From Psammoneis japonica (Eukaryota), in assembly GCA_008632985.1 (NCBI GenBank), contig QPGO01000182.1:1-64000 (forward strand): DNA of 64,000 nucleotides, in the 5' to 3' direction. Made by a program: the position numbers and the translations under genes. Below the pieces are notes generated by a model that worked only from the letters and a program-made list of their open reading frames with translations, was not told the DNA's origin and ran no database searches. Shown one piece after another: positions 50,301 through 61,293 of the stretch. Each line of letters opens with the position of its first letter. Within the stretch, counting starts at the first letter, position 1.

Positions 50301-52966
50301 AAGGGACACCTGTTGGGAATGACTCTTGTTTCTGTCACATCTCACATGTGACAAATGTGTGCAGAATGCATGGGGCAAATGCACACAGACTTTTGTGCAT
50401 GGTTGCACCAGCAGGGCCATGGGTGGCTGCTGGGTTCACATTGGAGCACCAATTGCCACTCACCAGGGTGCCACATGGTGTGCATTGTTGCATCGTACAC
50501 CAAGGCTTCTCTGGCTCAATTGCAAAGACATGATGCCTGCAAGCACTGGAGCACAGCAGACACTTAAGAAGAGGTCAATGTTGAGCCAGCAAAAAAAATC
50601 CAAAAAATGAAGAACGTCAGCAAACAGAGTTGCATTGTCAAATGTGATTGCTTGAATGACACTCCAGTTGTTGCACATTGTTGAATTTGCAGCACGTGTT
50701 GTCTCCAACAACCTTGTCAACTGCCTTTCTTGCAACCACTCTTGATGTCATGGATCTTTTGTTGCTTTGTGTTTTTTTTTTGATTTTTTGCACAGGTGGC
50801 ATGTGCTGTCCCCCATTTTTAAAATGTCCAGGTCTCCATTGTTTGGCATGCTCCTGAAACAGTTTGGTGTGGTGCTCTTGCTCTTTGCTCTCTGCTTGTT
50901 GTTCATGCTTGCACTGCTCCACACACTCTGTGTGATTGTCTGCCTCCTGGTCAGTCATGATCCTGATGAGATCTTCTCAGAGCCAAACATCCATCTCCTC
51001 CCGGTGGCAACACTCAGCCTGAATGACCCACAATGGTGGTGTCATGGGAGCACTTGGTTGGCGCATGTGATGTGGTGGTGGCACAAGCATGATGCCCAGC
51101 TTTGCCAGCTTGTCATGGTTTTGCCTGTTGTGCCAAAAACAAGCTTCTTCCAAGCCTCCTGCCACACCTTCTTCTCAGCTTCCTTCTTGGCTTCTTCCTT
51201 TGGATCAAGCTTCTTCAAAGCTCTGTGTTTCTTTTGTTGCAATGTCTTGTCTTTGGGGGCACATGCATTGCAATGGTGCACTCTGATGGCTGTTGGAGTT
51301 TTGTGGAGATCAATCAATTGGAGTTCTCATCAGGTGCAATGCAAGTTTGAGTGATGTTCCACATGCAGAAAGCTCTCATGCAAGAAGCCAAGGCCTTTAA
51401 AAACAATGGCGTGCTGATGCACATGTGCATTTTGCACATCCAAGTTCACTTCATTCAGTGCTTTGTGCTCTTGCACAAATTCAAAACAGAGTTGATGTCA
51501 GGGTCACTGAAGCAGCAGGCCTGGTGCATGCTGATGTGTCACAAGCACATTTTGTGTGACAAGAATGTGTGAAACACCACATGATGTGACGTCATCACTC
51601 TCTAAAAAAGATTGTGCAACAAGCTGAACAAGTTTCTGTGTGCAACCATGATGAACACACAATGACTTTGGCAGCAACAACAAGCAAGTTTGTTCTCAAT
51701 GGCACATCAGAGTGTTGTCAAATGATGTTCTTTCCTTCATTGCAACACACAGCATTTTTGGATTAAAGCAGCTCAAAATGTCTTGCTTTTGGCTTGCGTG
51801 CATTCATGCAGGACTGGTGCAAAATCCCACATGCTGCCAGTCCAAGTTGCAACTTGACAGAAGCCCTGCTTCAATGAACTTGGGTTGAGGTGAAGTCATT
51901 TGATTGTTTTAAAAAGCAGCACAGTGAAATTTGGACAAGAGCACCACTTTCAATGCTTCTGATCATGAGACAGATGATGGACCATGTGTGGTGAGGCATG
52001 AGCACTCAAGGGCAAGTTTCATGACATTTTCTTTCATGGTGGTGCTCACAAAATTGATTGTTTTCAACACATTTGTTGTCTGGGTGAAGTTTTCTTGCCT
52101 GTTGTTTCAGAAAAAATGAGGGTCAGAAGAACAGCTGACACCTGCCTCCTTGAGCTCCAGTGACCACAAATTTGCCACAATTGCTGTGGAATCTGCACCC
52201 AAATGACTGGTCAGGAGTCACCAGGTCCACCAGAGAAGGACACCAACAGCTTGCAATTAAAACAAACCAATGAAATTTGAACCAACTGACAGCCAAAATG
52301 GCCACGGTTGTCAGTGACCATGATGGCCCGCTTTTTTCAACCTTGTGGAAAATTGAATGACATGATGAGGACCACAGCATTTTATGCAGTCTGTGTCATC
52401 AACAACAACAATGATGGAAATGCTTGTTGCAGGCTGCAGCACTGCTCAAGAAGCCAAAAATCTGTTGGCAACAATGCAATTGAGCCTCGCTTCAAAATCA
52501 CAATTTCATCCATGTCATTGAATGACACAAGCACTTCAGTTGTTCATGTTGATGAAAAGATGAAAAAGGTTCCAAAGTCAATGCTGTTGCATGAGCTGAG
52601 TTTAATTTCTTCTCATGTCTTCTGAACTTTTTTCATCAGCGTGTGTCTCATTTGTTCTGTTGAGAGCAACTTGCACTGAAGTGTTGCAACAAAATGTCAT
52701 TTGCAAATTGTGAAAGCATTCACACAAGAGAAGATTTGCTTTGTCTTTTCATGTGCACATTGTTGGGATCACAGATTGCTCATCAGAAAACTGAGCTCCC
52801 ACCTTGTGTCACCTTTTGGCAATCAACAACTCACCCCACCCTCAGGATGATTCTCAGCTGGACAATTTGACATGCTGGTGGCAGGGACTGTCAGAACGGC
52901 CATGGACAATGTGGTGTCAACCTTTGGGTTTTACAACAGGAAAGACCCAAGGTTGGAAAAGGAAAG

Positions 52967-53660
52967 ATGAAAAAACCAAGATGGACAGCAGAAGCAGCAG
53001 AAAGTGATTGCTGTTTCCCTCCTCCAGGCTCTGTCCCAAAACCAAACGACATGCAAAGATGTCACGGCAAGCCAACTCTAGCCATTGGTGTCTGGTTCTT
53101 TGCCATGAGTTTCTGTGAGCACTCGAAGACCAAAGGCGACCAACGAACCAAGCTGCTGACCCTCAAGAATCTCTGCTTCTTCCAAGACAACACCAAACTG
53201 CAACACAAAGACCCAGACCTGGCCTCAGCTGATGCCATCTCCATCACCTTTGAGTGCCAGAAGAATGATGAAAGATGTGACACTGTCACAATGTTTTGCA
53301 CCGGAGACAACTTGCTCTGTCCTGCCCATGCATGGGCAGCAGTCAGCAGTGGTCCATTGGGCACTGTTCTGACCACCAGGCTCTGTCCCAGACTCCCCAG
53401 TGTGCCCTGTTTGCACCAATGGAAAACTCCACTCTCTCCTCCTCAGTCATCCATTCCAAGATGCAAGCAGCAGCAACTGTGATCAGCAAGGACAAGAAGC
53501 CAGGCTGCAAAGCTCATGAGGTTGGTGCTCACTCCATTTGCTCAGGAGCAGCCATGGCAGTGTGTCTTGCACATGCACCTGTTTGCTTGATCAGCATCAA
53601 TGTCTCTTTGCAAATGATCTCAAGTGCCAACATTTCTTTGCAACATTCCGGACTCTGACC
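52967..53660 (+). pseudogene. Tyrosine recombinase remnant of a YR element (DIRS/Ngaro/Crypton-like)
   Basis: FFAMSFCEHSKT...SITFECQKND...LCPAHAWA and EVGAHSICSGAAMAVCLA match degenerate R-x-x-E and H-S-x-R-x-G-A-A motifs. Confidence 0.75.
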
Positions 53661-53875
53661 CCAAAGATCCTGGAACCTGCAATCGCCACAAACTCCAAGC
53701 CACTGATGTGAGCAACGGCACATGTCAAGTGCAGTTGATGGCACAACTGCAATCATTTGCTCTCTTCACTTGAGCGGCTCAGATTTCAGCAATCAGATTG
53801 AAATTTTGCAAGTGAGTCATGAGGGTGCATCAACTGCAGCACTGTCGGGTCCCTGGGGGATCATTCACACTGGGG

Positions 53876-54303
53876 ATGAAAATTTCTCCAGGCCAAACCA
53901 TTGGGTTTTAATGTCAGACTGTTTGCACTCGGGGCTGGAGTCCGCGACCTGTGGTGAAGACTTGGTTGGATGGGCCATTGTTTGATCAGACCATGTGGAT
54001 GCATTGATTCTTTCAGCCGGCGATGCACACAACATTCGGTGAATTCAATTTTGCGCGCCGATGTCAACAGTCATTTCTCAACGACTTTGGAAGTTGTTGG
54101 CGAAGCTGTGACAATCATCGTCGTGCATTGCAAGCTCTGTCGAGTTGTCTTGGTCTTCTAAATTCCCCAAACCCACCCTGCATCAACAACTGCGGCGTGT
54201 CAGGAATGAAAATTTCCCAGGCCAAACCGTCAGGTTTTCACGTCAGACTGTTCGTTTCGGGATTGGAACCCGCGACCTGTGGCGAGGACTTGGTTCGATG
54301 GGT
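53876..54303. repeat. ~100-bp direct repeat pair (53876-53976, 54206-54303)
   Basis: ATGAAAATTTC..CAGGCCAAACC...GTCAGACTGTT...CCGCGACCTGTGG.GA.GACTTGGTT.GATGGG occurs twice. Confidence 0.8.
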
Positions 54304-54499
54304 CGATGGGTCGATGGGTCATCGACGAGCGCTGCAGAGCGCACGAAGCTCATCACTTTCTTTGCGATGCTCCGCGCATGTGGCGCGCGCTGAAGATCCG
54401 AGCGTTTGTCCGTCGTCCGTCCATTATTTTCTCCGCGTTGCTTTTCTGTCGCCCAGTCACACAATGGCGGTCAAGTTGAGGAGAGACAAAAGTCTAACC

Positions 54500-55460
54500 A
54501 TGAGTCGATATCTACAAACTCTTGTGTTCTTGTTGAGCCTTTTTGAGTTTGCAGGGGCTGTTGGGCCCTATTTTATTCTTTCCAATACACGTCCGAAATG
54601 CTTTTCCGTCGATGTGCCCCGTGGTACCAAGTTGAGTGTCGAGTACGATGCTCCAGACATGGTAATCATGTCGACTGAAGATGCAATCAAGGGTAACAAC
54701 CGAGATATGAATCGGGAAATTGATCGAAATTTGGGGTTGGATGCGAGATATGATAAGCGATACAAGGAAAGAATGGCGGAAATGCAGCGTGCGGTACGTG
54801 AGGAAACAGTGCAGGCTGGGAGTGCGGAGCTGAGCACTCGTTCCGTTCTGTTGTATTCTCAAACACATCCTTTTATCGTTTCTTTATAAACTGTAGGGTA
54901 AGATTATGAGAGACATGTCAATCACTATCCAACCAAAAGGAGAGACGCTCAGGGATGCACGAGAGGCACAACGAAGAGACAGCCCATGGGGTAGCCGTGG
55001 CCCCACCACCAACCGATTGCGGGAAGATTTAATAGAAAGACAGGGGTCACTCGATTACGAAACTGGCGATCGGGACGGTGAGATTGAGATTTGCGTCCAG
55101 AGTATGAGTGCAGCGCAAAAACATCCTTGTCGCTTCTCCCTTCGCGTCGACCAAAAGTCGACAACAATTCGGCGCAATCGAGAGGCCCGAGCGCAAAAGC
55201 AAAAAGAGTCACGAGAAACGGCAGAGCGGCACTTGACACGAATGGAACGTGACTTAGTCTCATTGACGGAAAAGGCAGCGGTTGTGCTGTCAAACGCAGA
55301 CTTTTCCAAGGATCAAGAGGTGGACTTTCACGAAAAGTCGCTCGCTCTGAACAAGTCGAGTCAGTGGTGGCCCATTCTTCACATTTTCATCATTCTCGTT
55401 GCTGGAGTATTGCAGGTGAAGCATATGTTGCGTTTCTTTAAAGCAAGGCATATTTATTGA
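54500..55460 (+). CDS. emp24/gp25L/p24 (GOLD domain) family protein (intron 54794-54896)
   Basis: Signal peptide, PKCFSVD, EIEICVQ, coiled coil, QWWPILHIFIILVAGVLQV TM and FFKARHIY tail. Confidence 0.85.
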
Positions 55461-55882
55461 GAAAGTGGCGGTTCAGTGGTATGGCTCACGTCCGACCTCG
55501 ACTTAGATTTTCAACTGCACTTCTGGTTGACTTGTGCTATCCACACTGAGCAAAATAGTACCGGGTAGAAGGCGCTGCCTCTTGAAACGCCATAAATCAT
55601 CTCAGAGGTTCTAAACCCTTTGGTCTACTGAAACCGCAGCCTTTAATTAAACATATATTGTAACCTACAGTATTGCTATTGATCACGCTCTGATTGTGAG
55701 AAGACGCACTACATAACATATACATACCCGCAACGGGAGGTTACTCTATTCTGCGTTATCGACGCTACATTCGTTCACTACACGATATAGGTAAGCTCTC
55801 AGGCTATGAGAAAAAGAAAAACTATAGTTTGCGACCAAAGCGGGACATTGTCCACTCTATTCTACTGGCAACAAGAACGCTT

Positions 55883-58399
55883 TTAGTCAACCTGTTCCAT
55901 AGCAGATTCCTCATTGTCATCGTCTCCATCCAACGGGGGCAAGTCTTCCATATCATCATCCATCTCGTCCTCGTCATCATCATCAATCGAAAGACCAAGC
56001 TTGACAAGACGGTGGATGCGCGAAGCAAAGGTGGCGGGCTCATCAAGAGAGAATCCACTCGTGAGAAGAGAGGTATCGTAAAGCAACCAGATAAGATCCT
56101 TGACGGTCTTGTCGCTCTGGTCAGCGTCAGCCTTTTCACGGAGAGCGGTAATGATGGAGTTGGTGGGGTTGATCTCCATGGTCTTCTTCGAACTCATGTA
56201 GGCAGACTGAGAGGCGTCACGGAGAGCCTGAGCCTTCATGATGCGCTCCATATTGGCGGTCCATCCAAACTCGCCCGTAACAAGGCAGCAAGGAGAGTCA
56301 GCGAGACGGTTGGAAATGACAACCTTCTCCACCTTATCATCGAGAACCTCCTTCATGAGCTTGCAGAGACCCTCCGTCTTGGCCTTGGCCTCCTCGAACT
56401 TCTTCTTCTCTTCCTCGTCATCGGCAAGGTCGAGTCCTTCCTTGGTAGCACTGAGAAGTTTCTTTCCGTCAAACTCCTTGAGCTGCTGGACAGCGTACTC
56501 GTCAATAGGATCGACAAGGTAAAGCACCTCGTATCCCTTCTTCTTGAGCTTCTCAAGGAACGGAGAGGTTTCGACACTCTTCTTGGACTCTCCAGTAATG
56601 TAGTAGATACCGGGCTGCTTGTCGTCCATGCGGCTGACATAGTCCTCGAGCGAGGTCATCTCGTCACCACTCTTGGTGGAGTAGTAACGCAAGAGCTTGG
56701 CAATCTTGGCACGGTTGGTCGAGTCCTCGTGAATACCAAGCTTGAGGTTCTTCGAGAAGGCCTCGTAAAACTTCTTGTAAGCATCCTCGTTCTCGGTCAA
56801 GTCGTTAAACATCTCGATACACTTCTTGACGAGATTCTTCTTGATGACACGGAGAATCTTGTTTTGCTGAAGAGTCTCACGAGAAATGTTGAGAGGCAAA
56901 TCCTCCGAATCGACAACGCCCTTGATAAACTGCAACCACTCGGGCATGATATCCTCGCAGTTGTCCATGATAAAGACACGACGGACGTAAAGCTTAATGT
57001 GGTTGAACTTCTTCTTGGTTCCACCCTCAAACATATCAAACGGAGCGCGCTTGGGGCAGAAGAGAATCGCCTTGAACTCGAGCTGTCCCTCGACGGAAAA
57101 GTGCTTGACGGCCGCGTGCTCCTCCCAATCGTTGGAAATGGACTTGTAAAACGCCACATACTCGTCTTCGGTAACCTCGTCCGGCTTGCGCATCCAAATG
57201 GGCTTGGTGTTATTGAGATGCTCCCACTCGTGGCTCACCTCCTTGATCTTTTTCGTTTTCTTTTCCTTCTTCTCCTCGTCCTCGTCAACTTCTTCGACCT
57301 TGGGCTTGTCCTCGTCGCCCTCTTCTTCCTCCTCGTCATCATCGTCGGAATCAGTCACTTCCTTTTCGGTAGTCTTCTCCGTGTACAGCATAATGGGGAA
57401 TCCAATAAACTCGGAATGCTTTTTGACCAAATCCTTGATACGCCTCTCCTCAAGATACTCCGACATGTCCTCCTTGAGGTGAAGAACGATACGAGTACCA
57501 CGTTTGAGTCCGGCATCGGGCGAGTCGGTAATGGTAAAGGATCCACCGGCTTCGGACGTCCACGTGTGGCACGAGTCGTCATTGTTCTTGGAGACAACCT
57601 CCACCTTGTCGGCGACAAGGTAGGCGGAATAGAAACCCACACCAAACTGTCCAATCATGGAAATATCGGCACCGGCCGAGAGGGCCTCCATAAAGGCCTT
57701 GGTTCCGGACTTGGCAATGGTTCCGAGGTTGTTGATGAGATCGGCCTTGGTCATGCCAATTCCGGAATCCTCAATCGTCAAGGTGTTGTTGGCCTTGTCG
57801 GCAATCAGCTTGATTTGCATTTCCGAGTCCGAATCCAACACGGTGCTGTCCGTGAGAGACTGGTAACGGATCTTGTCGAGCGCATCGGACGAGTTGGAAA
57901 TGAGCTCACGAAGGAAAATCTCCTTGTTGGAGTAAAACGTGTTGATGACTGTTGAAAGAGAGTAGAGAGAGATGAAATGGAGGTTAGTCGCGGTATTTTT
58001 CGAAACACGCGTCTCGGAGGGAATTTACGAGTACCGGTTCCTCCGTAGATTTCTACGGGAGAAAACGCGCGAAACTCTCCGAAAGATTTTTGCGTCATGG
58101 TCAATCAACACAACAACAAGTACTTACTCAACGAAAGGAGCTGGTTGATATCAGCCGAAAAGGCATAGCTTTCAGCTTCAGCAGACTGTAAGTAAAGAAA
58201 GGTAGAGGAAGCGAGTGGGTGAGTTGCGTGTCTATTACAAACGCGTATGATCCACGAACAGAGCAGGAACAAAAGCAATGCCATGCACACGAACACTGTC
58301 CGCCAGCGCAATCCTCGCAGTCGCCATTTTCACCTCCAATTCATAGATTGCTGTCATGTACAACAGATCAGATCATTGTCAATCCTTTTCACGTACCAT
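55883..58399 (-). CDS. HSP90: Cytosolic heat shock protein 90 (exons 58399-58397, 58185-58128, 57948-55883)
   Basis: [53 protein letters not shown]-terminal MEQVD. Confidence 0.97.
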
Positions 58400-58905
58400 G
58401 ATGAAAGATGGGTTTGTTAGTTGTTCGAACGGCTGAGGTTTTGTTGTTACGAAAAACAATGAGATCATTTGGCGCCGGGCTTTCGTGGTTCTCGGTGGCA
58501 GATTGCAATCGAGGCTCGTAGCCATTGACTGACGTCCTATACCAGAATCACGTAGAAATGTACATACACGACTCTATCGTGGCTTGATTGGTACACATCT
58601 CTCTTCGAGTTTCTACAGCCGTCTCAGTACATTTTCTACGCAAAAGTACAGCATTGGTTCGATGGATTTCGAGGGCCTTCTTTTTGCGCGCGAAAAATCC
58701 AAGACTCACGAAGGAATCAGTAATGAATTTGAGTATGTACGTTTTATACCATGCCCACGTACGTACACTTTGGTAGGCATTCTACACAGTCAAAGATTTC
58801 GTGGCTGCGATCGATTTCGCTCGAGCGACTGGATTTGCTCATAAAATTTCTAATAGGAGGAAATTGCTGCAACAGTAAGAATTGATAAAAGACAAGAGTA
58901 ACATT
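58400..58905. promoter_or_regulatory. Putative bidirectional promoter shared by HSP90 and HSP70
   Basis: 506 bp between the divergent start codons; only gapped or imperfect nGAAn/nTTCn units visible. Confidence 0.6.
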
Positions 58906-59777
58906 ATGAGTGGTAAGTTCAGCAATGGCGTTGATGATTGAAATGGGGCTCGGAAGATTCTGTTGTGGAGTGATTGCGACCATACGGTATGGCAGTGGCG
59001 CATCTGATTTTGCGATCTTTTTGCGCTTGCGCGCTACGTCACGGCTGTCAGTCGAGTCATTGTTGTTCTTAAGGTGCCGGCTGCGCTTTTCGAAGCAATG
59101 GTTGACAATGGCTACACTTTTGTTGTCGTCGATGCGGTTCATCATGCCGCTCAGCGACGATGAGGAATCTTTGTGTTTGTTCCTGCGATGCTTTCTACGT
59201 GGCGTTTGTACCAGATTCTACGCAGTTGGTCCTCGCACTGTATTGTTTTTCGATTCACTTTCGGTAATTTTTCAGAAAATTTACTCACCGTTTTGTTTCT
59301 GTTTTACTCTCTAAAACCATTACAGCTGTAACTGGAGAATCAGTCGGTATCGACTTGGGTACCACGTATTCGTGCGTGGGTGTCTGGCAAAATGATCGCG
59401 TTGAGATTATTGCCAACGACCAGGGTAATCGTACCACTCCCTCGTACGTTGCCTTTACCGATACGGAGCGTTTGATTGGTGATGCCGCCAAGTCGCAGGC
59501 TGCCATGAATGCTTCCAACACGGTCTTTGATGCCAAGCGTTTGATTGGACGCAAGTTTTCCGATCCCGGTGTTCAGTCCGATATGAAGCACTGGCCCTTT
59601 ACCGTTGTGTCTGGTACGGGTGGTACTCCCATTATTGAAGTGGACTACAAGGGCGAGAAGAAGTCCTTCAAGGCGGAGGAGATCTCTTCCATGGTTTTGG
59701 GAAAGATGCGCGAGATTGCCGAGGCCTACCTTGGCAAGGAGGTCAAGAATGCCGTTGTCACGGTGCCGGCCTACTTT

Positions 59778-59813
<36 letters not shown>

Positions 59814-61289
59814 TCCATCTCGGGTCTTAATGTGCTTCGTATTATCAACGAGCCCACGGCTGCCGCCATTGCTTATGGTTTGGACAAGAAGGGCGAGGAG
59901 AAGAATGTTTTGATTTTTGATCTCGGTGGAGGAACCTTTGATGTTTCTCTCTTGACGATTGAAGAGGGAATCTTTGAAGTAAAGGCTACCGCTGGAGACA
60001 CCCACTTGGGTGGAGAAGATTTCGATAACCGCATGGTGGACTACTTTTTGACCGACTTCAAGCGTCGCCACCGCAAGGACATGTCGGAGAACCAACGTTC
60101 TCTCCGTCGTCTCCGTACGGCTTGCGAACGTGCCAAGCGTACCCTTTCGTCCTCGACGCAGGCACACATTGAGATTGATTCCCTCTACGATGGTATCGAC
60201 TTCAACGCCACCATTACGCGTGCCCGTTTTGAGGATCTCTGTATGGATTACTTCAAAAAGTGCATGGAGCCCTGCGAGAAGGTTCTCCGTGACGCCAAGA
60301 TTGCCAAGAACCAGGTGCACGAGGTTGTCTTGGTTGGTGGATCTACTCGTATCCCCAAGATTCAGTCCATGCTTTCTGATTTCTTCAATGGCAAGGAGCC
60401 CTGCAAGTCCATCAACCCCGATGAGGCTGTCGCCTACGGTGCCACGGTACAGGCTGCCATTTTGTCTGGCGCGGACAAGTCCGAGAAGCTTTCCGAGCTT
60501 TTGCTTTTGGATGTCACGCCTCTCTCGCTTGGTCTCGAGACGGCTGGTGGTGTCATGACGACGCTCATCAAGCGTAACACCACGGTGCCTGCCAAAAAGA
60601 CTCAGACCTTTTCGACGTATGCGGATAATCAGCCCGGTGTGTTGATTCAGGTCTTTGAGGGCGAGCGTTCCATGACTCGTGATAACAACCTGCTTGGCAA
60701 GTTTAACCTCGATGGCATTCCTCCCATGCCTCGTGGTCAGCCCCAGATTGATGTCTGCTTTGATATTGATGCCAATGGTATCTTGAACGTGTCGGCCCTC
60801 GAGAAGAGTACCGGTAAGGAGAACAAGATTACCATTACCAACGACAAGGGTCGTTTGTCGCAGGACGAGATTGAGCGCATGGTTGAAGAAGCCGAAAAGT
60901 ACAAGGCCGAGGACGATGCCAACCGCAACCGTATCGAAGCCAAGAATGGTTTGGAGAACTACTGCTACTCGCTCAAGACGTCGATTGACTCGGAAGAGGT
61001 CAAGGACAAGATCCCCGAGGAGGACAAGACTGCCTTGACGACTGCCATTGATGAGGCTATCTCGTGGTTGGATGCGAACCCTACTGCTGAAAAGGAGGAG
61101 TACGAGGAGAAGCAGAAGGCTTTGGAGGGTGTGGCGATGCCGATTCTTCAGAAAATGGCCGGTGCCGGTGGTGCTCCCGGAGGTATGCCTGGTGCGGACA
61201 TGGGCGGTATGCCCGACATGGGTGGAGCCGGTGGTGCTCCTCCGGCCGATGACCCTGCTGGTGGGCCAACAATAGAAGAAATTGATTGA
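58906..61289 (+). CDS. HSP70: Cytosolic heat shock protein 70 (exon 58906-58912, intron 58913-59325)
   Basis: Spliced N-terminus [44 protein letters not shown] repeats; C-terminal GPTIEEID. Confidence 0.97.
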
Positions 61290-61293
61290 GCAA

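Larger units (their letters stand above)
36430..54420. repeat. ~18-kb cluster of nested, heavily mutated transposon remnants
   Basis: Near-complete loss of TpA and strong loss of CpG; contains Copia and tyrosine recombinase remnants and internal direct repeats. Confidence 0.85.

Noticed and set aside
36430..54000. Dozens of short Cys/His-rich ORFs that could look like zinc-finger or metallothionein-like genes
   Set aside because: Composition is explained by CA/TG saturation; no coherent gene structure.
36430..54420. Classical fungal RIP
   Set aside because: RIP converts CpA to TpA and enriches TpA; here TpA is lost and CpA/TpG gained.
55829..57955. 708-aa antisense ORF over HSP90
   Set aside because: Mirror frame of a highly biased conserved gene; no recognisable motifs.
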